Source: the human T2T-CHM13v2.0 reference genome, Homo sapiens. Taken from it: a stretch of 64,000 bases of DNA. Both the position numbers and the translations under genes were made by a program. The notes beneath the pieces were generated by a model that worked only from the letters and a program-made list of their open reading frames with translations, searched no databases and was not told where the DNA came from. The DNA lies in NCBI RefSeq assembly GCF_009914755.1, contig NC_060934.1; one strand, written 5' to 3'. Positions 52,568 to 64,000 of this stretch are shown here, piece after piece. How positions within the stretch are numbered: position 1 is the stretch's first letter; each line of letters starts with the position of its first letter.

Positions 52568-53679
52568 CTAGGGCTGGTCAGTGGGACAAGGCCACACCAG
52601 ACCATAAATCCAACTCACGGTCTTTCCCAAATGGGCAGAGGCTGCAGGGTTGGCCCTCCTGAAGGGCTGGCCCTGCCCCACTTGGCTGGGTTTAAGACCC
52701 CCTTGCCTTGGTGCTGGTAAGAGCATCACTGTCTTAGTTGCAAAGAGGAGGGTGTCTGGGAACTTCCAGAGGCCTGTGGAGCTGGAAAATACTAACAGAA
52801 TGGTCTTGGTAATTTTCTCTGGAGGTAGCCTCATCACATTTTGGTGGACCCATTTCTCCATCTGTATTCCTCCCTTCATTTTTGTTTTTGTTTTTCAGAT
52901 TCTCATTTCTCTGACTCCTCTTGATTTTACACTCTAAAGCTGAGGGCACAGGGTACCCCCCAAATTGGGCCTCCACTCTCTAGTCAGGGATGGTGGGATT
53001 TGGGTGGACTTTTCACCTCTGCTTTCAGGATCTTAGGTAAAGGGGGGGTCTTGAGGCCAGCAGAGGCAGGCAACCTGGGCCTTCCCACACTGCACCCACA
53101 GAGATCCACAGAATGCACCCCCCCATGCTGCACCTGTTGCTAGCATCTCTGAACGGGCCTTCCAGAAGCTACCCAAGAGGACGCTGACAGGACAGAAGAT
53201 GGCTGCACAGAGCACGAGACGGGGAGGGCACAGGGCAGTATGAAGAACAGCATGGTCTATGTGAGTCCCAGCACCCAAGGTCAGAGCCCTTCCCTGGGCC
53301 CACTCTCCATCTCTGCCAAGTGCACACTCCTGCAGGGAGGGGCTGTGCTATTCATCTCTGTGTCCTCAGAGCCTGCATCTACGAATGGGCAAAAAAATGA
53401 GCAAACCAACAAGGTTTAGCACATACGAGGCTTTGGTCCAGATATACATGCATGTGTGTCAAAGGACCTGTGTAAAAACATATTCATTTGGAGCATTCGT
53501 TGTAAAGATTAGAAACAACTTAATATTTATAAAGATATTTGCCAAGATTGGAAACAATTTAAATGTCTATGAGTAGAGGACTGGGAAAATTCATGAAGAT
53601 AAATCCATCAGTGTGATCGTGTGCAGCCATGAAAAGGATGAGTCCACACTGATGTGAACAAACTCTGAGATACTGTTGA

Positions 53680-53971
53680 TGTGCTGGCAATGTGGCTCAT
53701 GCCTGTGTTGATGCTTCCAACACTTTGGGAGGCTGAGGCAGGAGGATAGCTTGAGCCCAGGAGTTCAAGACCAGCCTGGGCAACTTGGTAAACCACTGTC
53801 TCTACAAAAAATACAAAAACTAAATGGGCATGGTGGTGCACACCTGTAATCCCAGCTACTCAGGAGGTTGAGGTGGGAGGATCACCTGAGCCCGGGAGTT
53901 GTCGAGGCTGAAGTGAGCTGTGATTGTGCCTCTGCACTCCTGCCTGGGCAACAGAGTGAGGCTCTGTCTCG

Positions 53972-54008
<37 letters not shown>
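53680..54008 (+). mobile_element. Alu (J-type) with A37 tail, within old L1 fragments
   Basis: Alu consensus; A run at 53972-54008. Confidence 0.9.
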
Positions 54009-54010
<2 letters not shown>

Positions 54011-56611
54011 ATGAGATGCAGAACAGGGTGTGTTGGTATGTTGGTGGGGGGAGAATATGTATGTCTGTTTGTATAGAATATCTCTGCAGGGACACCCAAG
54101 AAAATGACGGCATTTTCTGGGAGGAAAATAGGGTGCCTAAGAGAGGGGGTGGAAGGAAGGCTTACTCATTACTGTTTTGAATGGCTTGAATTTTGAATTG
54201 CATGAATATATTATTTATTCAAAAAAGCTTAAGAGCACACATTTGGAACTGCAGACTTGGACTGCCATCCCAGCCCTGCCACATCCATCTTCCTCTGTAA
54301 CGATGACTGCTGGACGTCTTCCCAGCGCCCTGAGAGGATGCAGAAGTTGCTTCTGTAGCACTTGGGGAGCTGGAGTTTTGTTGGTACTGCTGCCATCTCC
54401 ACCAGATGATGAATGGGGAGAAACCTCTGGCTGGGAGAGGCCAAGGTCACTCATTAAAACCTCACAGAAGGTAACACACTGAGAGACAGACAGTGTGACC
54501 CCTGACCCCACTGACGTTGGCCCCAAGTCAGCCAGCAGGTTCACACACCCTCTCAGGGTTCACTTGCTGGGTGATGTTATCCAATGGACCCTCTTTCCTG
54601 ACTTCAGTGACCACACCCAAGACCTGCAGGGACTCCAGACAGTTATGTCATAAAATTCACCACACAGGGCACAGAATTCCCCCATGTTTCCACTCTCTCT
54701 ATATCTTACCAGTAAGGGAAGGGCAGAAATATGAAGGAATATAACCTGTAGTCATTTGGTATTTTCCAAGGGAAACTGCTTGTGATTGTGAGGTTAGTGA
54801 TCTTTGCAGACATTCTCTCTAAAGTGAGTGTAGCCTTGGGCAATGCATGCTCTGGGCTATTCATTTAGGTGCCCCTGTAACCAAGCTCTGCATGCAGGAA
54901 TGCTCTCTCATTCATCATTTATTCATTTGACAAACATTCATTCAGCCCCTTCTCTCTGCTAGGTATGTAAAGGAGAGCCAAGCTGCCTGAAGAAACGAGG
55001 GTCCATAGGTGAAGACAATTAAATAAACTCATCAGACTAAAGTGCAACACGTGCTGGAGAGACAGCCAACCTTTGTAGAAGTGCAAAGCACTTGACCCAG
55101 GGGCTGGGGTCAGCGGGACGTCTGGGAGGAAGTAAGCTAGCTTCAGCTAGCACCTGACAGTGGAGAGTGGAAGGCAAGCGCCGGTGAAAAGGAGCTGTTG
55201 TGAAGGTGGGATGTAAATGGCTTAGCCAGGGCCCAACACATTGTGTGTGCTCCATCGGTTCCCAGTGTTCAGAGGAAGGAATTCCCCCAGATGCCTGAGT
55301 TCAGGGCTGCTATCACCCTGAATGGCCACAAGGGGGAGCTCGTGCCCTGTAATTGTGTGTTTCAGCGCCTGTGCCGTGTGCCGCAAGGTACCAGTTGTTT
55401 CCACTAAAGATCGGTTACTTGCATCTTACAAAGTTGTTAGGAAGCGTCTCCCGGACATTTGCAGCCCCTGCTAAGCGTAGTGTGTTCCAGAGCCTAAGTG
55501 GCTCTGATAGCCTTGTCCTAGTGTTTTCTCGTAAAGCCGAGGATTCTTTCCTCTAAATTCTCGGGAATAGAGCCAATTACCCAAGTAGCCACCGATCATG
55601 TCCTTTTAATCCTTCCTGGTTCTTCCCATTCCTTCTGGGCATCCACAGGGCCCATCCCCTAGAGCAGCACCAATGGGGTTGGAGCACTGGCTACTGACAC
55701 GTCTGGACCCTCCAGGCCAGAAAGGCTTCATTTCTCTGCACTTGCTAACCCCCAGCCAAGCCCCTAGTCCTTTCCAAGATGGGATAAAGGGGCATTCTCC
55801 CTCAAATGTCTTTCCTGAGTTAGGAATGTGCTCTTGTCATTTTGAACCCCATGATCTCTGCCCCAGTGGCTTCCAGAAAGGATCTGATGGCCACGTGCTT
55901 TGGAGTGAGACAGACCTTTTGTCCCGTCCTCACTCTGTTGTTGACCTTGTGTAAGCCACATAACCTCCATGGCTGTCATCCATGAAATATAAAGATTAAA
56001 AGATCTACCATCTTACTTGATGGGATGGTTGAAAGGACCAGTGTCCCAGGAAAAAAAAAAATACTCACAAACGACCTTATTCCTTTCCTCCCCTCACCCA
56101 TGGAAGATCTTTAAGTGCATACTGAGGCTGACATACAGGTAACTCCGAAAAGGAGAGGGATCTGTTTCCTGACAGATGGCTTCAAGCCAAAGAGATAAAC
56201 CTGGGTTCAGGCAGGGCTGGCAGGAAGTCAGGCACTCCCTTTCTAACTCTCTCCCTAGAGGAGTCTGGCTGAGGTTGAGAACTGACAAGGTCAGAAAAGG
56301 GACAGGGGAGGGATTTCCAGTGGGGAAGCACAGACATTGGAGGGCTTCTCCAGTCATTTACTGGGTCACCATCTGCCCCCTCAAGGAAGCAGGATCAAGA
56401 CCTCCCGTGTGCCCAGCTCCGTACATGGCAGATAGAGGGCAGCCTCCTGGGCCAAGAGTGACCAGGGCCTTCATCTTCTTGGCATGGGTTCCATCAGGAA
56501 CACGTTACAACCAACTGATGATTTATCCACCTTTAGAAGGGGACTGAGGCCATCCCAAAGGTGCCCTATATGAACTGCAGTTTGCCCCTCAGTAAAAATT
56601 ACTTCACTGAG

Positions 56612-56875
56612 TTGCAAGCAGTGCATGGTGGCACACACCTGTAGTCTCGGCTACTAGGGAGGCTGAGGCGGGACGGTCACTTGAGCCCAGAAGATCAAGT
56701 CCAGCATGGGCAACATGGTAAGATCCCTTCTCAAAAATAAAAAATAAATTAAAATTTTTAAAAAATGAATATTTTCATTATCAGACAGATCAAGAAACAG
56801 AACATCAAAGTTGTAGTGAGCTATGATAATGCTACTGCACTGCAGCCTGGGTGACAGAGTGAGACCCTGTTTAGA
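56612..56875 (+). mobile_element. Two Alu fragments (monomer about 56612-56745; right-arm end about 56800-56875)
   Basis: Partial Alu consensus matches. Confidence 0.75.
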
Positions 56876-56883
56876 AAGAGAGC

Positions 56884-57013
56884 GAGAGGAAGGAAGGAAG
56901 GGAGGGAGGAAGGAAGGGAGGGAGGGAGAGAGGAAGGAAGGAAGGGAGGGAGGAAGGAAGGGAGGGAGGGAGGAAGGAAGGAAGGGAGGGAGGGAGGGAG
57001 TGAGGGAAGGAAA
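56884..57013 (+). repeat. (GGAA/GGGA)n purine microsatellite
   Basis: Direct reading. Confidence 0.9.
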
Positions 57014-57401
57014 ACATTATCTGCACCCCAGGATCTCTCTGTATATCCCTTCCCCATCAGCCCCTCCTTTCTCCCTACATACAATTATGATCTTCACTTA
57101 TGGTGAAGTTTTCCTTGTTTTTCTTTATAGTTTTACTCTTTGCGGAAGCATTCTTTTTGAATATAGTGTGTTTGTATGTTTTCAAAATTCCTACAAGAGG
57201 AATTATACTACATATATTCTTTTATGACTTCCCCTTTCCTTTGACATTGTGGGATGATTTTATTTTTTTTATTGTGGAAAATTAGACACCACATAAGCTT
57301 ACCATGTGAACCTTTTTTCTCCCAGCTTTACTGAGGAATAATTGACAAATAAAAATTGTATATGTTTAAGGTGTACAACTTGAAGTTTTGATATATGTAT
57401 A

Positions 57402-58103
57402 TGTCAACTGAAGAATGAAGAGGTTCAGACATTTGGAAAGGAGTGCTTTATTTCTCATAGAGCATTGCAGCCTGCCAGCCGTTCTGACAGGCTGGGAAGT
57501 GTAGCCTCTGGCCAGAAGCCAGAAACAGGCACTTCAAGGGTCAAGGATGGGAAGAATAAGACAAGAATTTATGCTGAGTAGGGTGGCCAAATATACATAT
57601 TCAATAAGCTCTGGGAGGAGTCATGAATATTTACGAAAAGAGAAACATGTGCATGTGCAATTGAGCTTCATGGATCCCATGTTCAAAAAAACCGGCATGA
57701 TCCCAGGGTGGAGTTTCAGCTCTCTGATGTCAAAAGATGAAGCAGAGGACATGAAAACCCTCACTGTTTCCTCCGCAGACTGGCCAGAACCACTCTGTGG
57801 TCAGTGGTCTCTGATCAGGAAGGGATATTGGTTGGTTATTGTGTCAGACCACAGAAAGTGAGGGGCAGCGTCAGGCAGTTAGTTGATATCAGCTGGCGGA
57901 GTCTTCCAAACAGGCTGGTTTCTGTTTAACCCTTAAGGAAGAAAACCTAATGCTGATTAGTGAGGGAAGGGGTGTAACAAAGTGTATCTGACCTCCCCTC
58001 CTCTCATGAAAAGGAACTCAGTTTTTAAGCTTTCTCTGGGGTCCCCTTGGCCAACAGGGGGTTGGCCAAGAGGAGGTCTGCAGGATTTCATTTCTATTTC
58101 TCA
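57402..58103 (-). mobile_element. ERV1 MER4-group solo LTR (MER50-like), 702 bp, inserted into an L1MA
   Basis: TG...CA termini with perfect 4-bp TSD TATA (57398-57401 and 58104-58107); L1 sequence resumes on the far side. Subfamily name is uncertain. Confidence 0.85.
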
Positions 58104-58911
58104 TATACATTGTAAAATAATCACCACAATCAAGTTTATTAACATATCTATCACCTGGCATAGTTACCATGTGTGAGTGATGAGGATACTTAAGATCTAG
58201 CCTCTTAGCACATTTCAAGTATACAATACAGTATTGTTAAGAATAGTCACGTTGCTGTCATTAGATCTCCAGAACTTATTCATCTTGCAAAACTCAAACT
58301 TTGTATCCCTTGACCAACATTTTCCCATTTCCCCCACCCCCAGCCCCTTGTAACCACCCTTCTACTCTACTGCCATGAATTTGACTATTTTAAATTCCAC
58401 ATGTAGGTGAGATCATAGCATATTTTTATTTCTGTGCTTGAATTATTTCATTAGTATAATGTCCCCCAGGTTCATCCATGTTGTCACAAATGATAGGCTC
58501 TCCTTCTGGTTTAAAGTTAAATAACATTCATATATATATGTATATTATATTATATATATGTATATATAACATTTTTTAAAATCCCATTTGAACCATTTTT
58601 AGTTGTACAATTTGGTAGCATTAAGTATATTCACAATGTTGTACAATCATCACTATCCATTTCCAGAACTTTTCCATTATCCCAAACAGATACTCTGTAC
58701 CCATTAAACAATAATTCCCCATTCTCCCCTCCCCCACCTCCTAGTAAGTTCCATTCTACTTTCTGTCATTATGAATTTGCCTATTCTAGGTACCTCATAA
58801 AAGTGGAACCATGCAATGTTTGTCTTTTTGTGTCTTTGGGAAGTGTTTATTTCACTTAATACAATGTTGTCAAGGTTCATCCATGGTGTAGCATGTGTCA
58901 GAATTTCCTTC

Positions 58912-59205
58912 CTTTTTTGGGGGTGGGACGGAGTCTCACTTTGTCACCAAGGTTGGAGTGCAGTGGCACTATCTTGGCTCACTGCAACCTCCACCTCCAG
59001 AGTTCAAGCTATTCTCCTGCCTCAGCCTCCTGAGTAGCTGGAATTACAGGTGCCCATCACCATGCTCGGCTAATTTTTGTATTTTTAGTAGGGATGGGGT
59101 TTCATCATGTTAGCCAGGCTGGTCTTGAACTCCTGACCCCAAGCGATCTGCCTGCCTTGGCATCCCAAAGTGCTGGGATTACAGGCATGAGCCGCCATGC
59201 CCAGT
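58912..59205 (-). mobile_element. Alu (S-type)
   Basis: Reverse Alu consensus; aatttccttcctttttt is repeated on both sides. Confidence 0.9.
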
Positions 59206-60664
59206 CATAATTTCCTTCCTTTTTCAGGCTGAATATATTCCATTGTATGTGTATAACATTTTGTTTGTCCATTCATCTGTTGATGGACATTTGAGCTGTT
59301 TCCACCCTTCGGCTATTGTGAATAATGCTGCTATGAACATTGGAGTACACACATCTATTTGAGTCACTGCTTTCAATTCTTTTGGATATTTATCTAGAAG
59401 TGAAATTGCTGGATCTAATGGTAATTCTATGTTTAACTTTTTGAGGAACTGCCTAACTTTTCAAAGTAGCTGCACCATTTTACATTCCCACCAGCAATGC
59501 TTTCTCTACATCCTTGCCAATACTTATTTTCTGTTTTGTTTTGTTTTAAATATAGTAGCCATCTTAGTTGGTCCAAGGGTTATGGGTTATTATTAAGCTG
59601 ATTAACATTGTTTCCCCCAATAACCAAGCTTGTCTAGCTTAAAAAAAAAAGTAAATATAGTAGTCATCCTAATAGGTGTAAAGTTGTCAACATTGTGTTT
59701 TAATATTCTCCTATGTTGTGTGTAGTTGCCATTCATTTCTTTTCATTAATTGTATAATATTCCATTGAATATACTATGTTTATTCATTTTATTATTGATA
59801 AACATTTCCAGTTTGGGGTTCAGAGTCCTAATACACACAAGCACATGCTTCTCTAGGATATGTAATGAGGGGAAGAATCGCAGGTCATGGAGTGAATATC
59901 TTCAGATCCTTTAGCTGATGCCAAATTATTTTCCTAAGCAATAAATGAGAGTTCCCATTGCTTCATATCCTTGCCAACACTTGATGTTGTCATACTTTTT
60001 ATTGCATGAGTATAATATTAATCATGTTGGGTTTTTTTAGTACTAGCCTAATTGGTGGGTGTGTCATGACATCTCATTATAGCTTTATTTTGCACTTTCC
60101 AGGTTATTTTTTGAGATCGAGTAGCTTTTCATTGCTTAATTGGACCTGGAATTCCTGAGGCTAGCTCTATGTCTGGCCTTTGAAATCACATGAGCCAATC
60201 AGTTCTCACTTTCATTTAAGCCAGTTTGAGTTGGATTTCTGTCTCTTGCTACAGAAAGAATTCTGAATATACAAAGATTCTGGATTGGGTGCACCGGAAG
60301 ATGAAGCCAGAAGTTGTTTCAGCCTTGAAGCTGGTAATCCTCTCTGGGAAGAACGGGGATGTTTTCAATGGACTGGAAGGTTGAGTGCTGCTAGGTCAGG
60401 CTCAGGCTCTAAGAGTGGCCTCTACCCAAGAACGTGCTGCTGTTGGGGATGCTGCCCTCACACTGCAGAAGGTGACACCCAGATACCCCCTTGCCAGGAT
60501 CCCTGCAGCCAGATCCTTCTCCTGATGCCACCAGGACTGGATGGGTCCTCAGTCCTGAACTGAACTGTGGGTGAGTGGGTAGAGATGGGGAAGATGTGAG
60601 ACACCTCGTCTTCCTCTTGCTACACACATCTTATTGGCTGCAAGTGTGAAATGGCTTTTGATAC

Positions 60665-60972
60665 ATTTATTTGTTCGTTTGTTTGCTTTTTGGAGACAGG
60701 GTCTTTCAGTGTTGTCCAGGCTTGGAGTGCATTGGCAATTATAGCTCATTGCAACCTTGAACTCCTGGGCTCAAATGATCCTCCAGCCTCAGTCTCCCAA
60801 GTAGCGGGAACTAAATGTGCATGCCAGCGCACTGGGCTAATTGTTTTATTTTTTTGTAGAGATGGGGTCTTGCTTTGTTGACCAGGCTGGTCTCGAACTC
60901 CTGAGCTCAAATGATCCTCCTGCCTCAGCCTCCCAAGGCGAGATTACAGACATGAGCCACCACACCCAGCCA
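60665..60972 (-). mobile_element. Alu (J-type)
   Basis: Reverse Alu consensus. Confidence 0.9.
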
Positions 60973-61081
60973 GGTGTGAGTCTTTTCCTGCTAGCTGCCT
61001 TGGAACCCAATAGGTCTGGTAGAAGATGCAGCTTTTGTGTGTGGTGTCTGTTTTGGCTGGGCTCATATAAAACCTTCCTTA

Positions 61082-61632
61082 CTATGTGACCCAGCAATCC
61101 CATTACTGGGTATATAACCAAAGGAATATAAATCATTCTATTATAAAGATACATGCACACGTATGCTTATTGCAGCACTATTCACAATAGCAAAGACATG
61201 GAATCAACCCAAATAGCCACCAATGATAGACTGGATAAAGAAAATGTGGTACATATACACCATGGAATACTATGCAGCCATAAAGAGGAATGAGATCATG
61301 TCTCTTCGAGGGTCATGGATGAAGCTGGAAGCCATCATCCTCAGCAAACTAACACAGGATCAGAAAACCAAATGCTGCATGTTCTCACTCATAAGTGGGA
61401 GCTGAACAATGAAAACACATGGACGGGGGAGAGGAACAACACATACTGGGGCTTGTTGGGGGTGGGAGGAGGGAGAGCATAAGGATAAATAGCTAATGCA
61501 TGCAGGGCTTAATACCTAGGTGATGGGTTGACAGGTGCAGCAAACCACCATGGAACACGTTTACCTATGTAACAAACCTGCACGTTCTGCACATGTATCC
61601 CAGTACTTAAAATAAAATAAAACTTAAAAAAA
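61082..61632 (+). mobile_element. 5'-truncated primate L1 (ORF2 C-terminus + 3' UTR + A tail)
   Basis: [25 protein letters not shown]...DWIKKMWYIYTMEYYAAIKRNEIMS...CMFSLISGS* is the L1 ORF2p C-terminus with in-frame stops; near-TSD aaaaccttcctt / aaaacccttccctt. Confidence 0.95.
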
Positions 61633-61751
61633 CCCTTCCCTTGCTTTCTGGCATGTGTATTATCCTTCCCTGTACCTCCATCATCGCTCATATTCCCCCT
61701 TTCCTCCATAGACACCTACTATCTTGTATTCGGCATATGTCCTTGGGTGTG

Positions 61752-62072
61752 CAGTTGTGTTCCACATCATGATGGTTCAGTCAACAACAGATCACATATA
61801 CAGTGGAAGTCTCATAAGATTATTATGTTTAGACATAATTAGATACACAAATAGTAACCACTGTGTTACCATTGCCTACAGTATTTGGCACAGTCACACA
61901 CGGTACATGTTCGTAGCCTAGTTGCCATAGGATATACCATATAGTCTAGGTGTGTAGGAGGCTATGCCCTCTGGGTTTCTGTGGGTATACTCTATGATGC
62001 TTGCACAATGACAAAATCACCTAATGATGCATTTCTCAAAATGTATCCCTGTCACTAAGTGATGCAGGATTG
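61752..62072. mobile_element. Tigger3/MER7-type non-autonomous DNA transposon
   Basis: ttcagtcaacaacagatcacatatac...cataagattat at one end and catttctcaaaatgtatccctgtcactaagtgatgcaggattg at the other. Confidence 0.75.
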
Positions 62073-62508
62073 TATATGAATCTTTGAAAAATATAATGTG
62101 TATTGTATATGGAGGCATTTTAGATCTCTTTCTATTCCTTACTTTTTTAATACTTTTTAAGATTTACCCATATTAATATGGATACCTCAAATCCATTGTT
62201 TCTAAACTGCTGCCTATTTACTCCGCAGAATAAATCTATCAAGTTTTGCTTACCCATTCTGATGATGAATACTTATGATGCCTCTAATTCTCTGCTGTGG
62301 CTAACAGCACTGCAGTGAAGGAACATCATACATGTCCCCTCATGGACCTCAGTTTGTGTTGCTCTGAGCTTTATAACTAGGAGGAGCCATGGGTATCCAC
62401 GTATTTAATGTCACACTTGGGATACTCCGCAATCTACACTCCTACCAGCATGTATGAGGTCTCCCATTTCCCACACCCTTGCCAACACTTATTATTACCC
62501 AACCTTAG

Positions 62509-62757
<249 letters not shown>

Positions 62758-63036
62758 TGATTATAAGTGAGCTTGAGCATCACTTCATGTGTTAGTCTTT
62801 TGTTCTCTTCAGTAAATTGTTGGTTCATTTCCTTTCCACATTTTTCTCTTAAGTTCTCTGTCTTTTTGTTGTTGATTTGCAGGAGTGTCCTGTATATTCT
62901 AGCTATCAGTCCCTTGTCAGTTTTGGACACTGCAAAAATCTTCTCCCTGTCTGTATCTATTATCTGTTAAATATATATAGTATAAGAGAGGAACAAAATC
63001 CTGAAATTTGATGCAGTCAAATCCATCAATTTTTAA

Positions 63037-63834
<798 letters not shown>

Positions 63835-64000
63835 TAAGTTTGCTGAATTCCTAAAAAAAATCTTCTGCAATTTGGTTGAAATTGAATCAAATTTACTTAT
63901 TTAGGAAGAACTGTTAACTTTACAATGTTAAGTTATCCCATCCGTGTCTGTTTGTTGAAGTCTTCCTTGAAGTCATTAAGAGATTACAATTTTTTTCTGC

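Larger units (their letters stand above)
57310..60150 (-). mobile_element. Stacked L1MA/L1MB/L1ME 3' fragments (with nested LTR and Alu)
   Basis: Antisense L1 3' UTR hallmarks such as cttaagatctagcctcttagcacatttcaagtatacaatacag and gatggacatttgagctgtttccc...gctgctatgaacatt. Confidence 0.8.

Overview
This is mammalian genomic DNA, and the Alu content makes it primate. I recognise it from the protein as the human TLX1 (HOX11) locus at 10q24. The only protein-coding gene I can support is TLX1, on the + strand, with three coding exons (24927-25494, 27560-27761, 30076-30298; 993 nt = 330 aa + stop). It carries an eh1 motif, an FPWM PBX-binding motif and a Thr47 homeodomain, with a poly(A) signal at about 31149-31158. 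The gene lies in a chain of CpG islands (about 14.7-40.5 kb) whose core (about 23.3-35.9 kb) has no recognisable interspersed repeats. The flanks are dense in Alu, MIR, L1, L2, LTR and Tigger fossils, including a fragmented ERV-L-class provirus at about 41-46 kb. A divergent minus-strand non-coding transcript (TLX1NB) is known at this locus, and a candidate first-exon donor is visible at 24142/24141. I found no evidence for a wholly new biological system. The best leads are: (1) an upstream in-frame exon-2 acceptor that restores the TLX-family linker [12 protein letters not shown]; (2) two independent splice routes to the same 257-aa truncated TLX1; (3) a solo LTR carrying perfect RFX, HSE and octamer motifs; (4) a P3/PHOX2-type palindrome in an orphan CpG island; (5) a possible convergent CTCF pair bracketing the gene; (6) a structured ARE-flanked hairpin at the 3' end. 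Repeat boundaries and subfamily names were judged by eye and are approximate. Nearly all ORFs in the supplied track are Alu, low-complexity or GC-rich artefacts.
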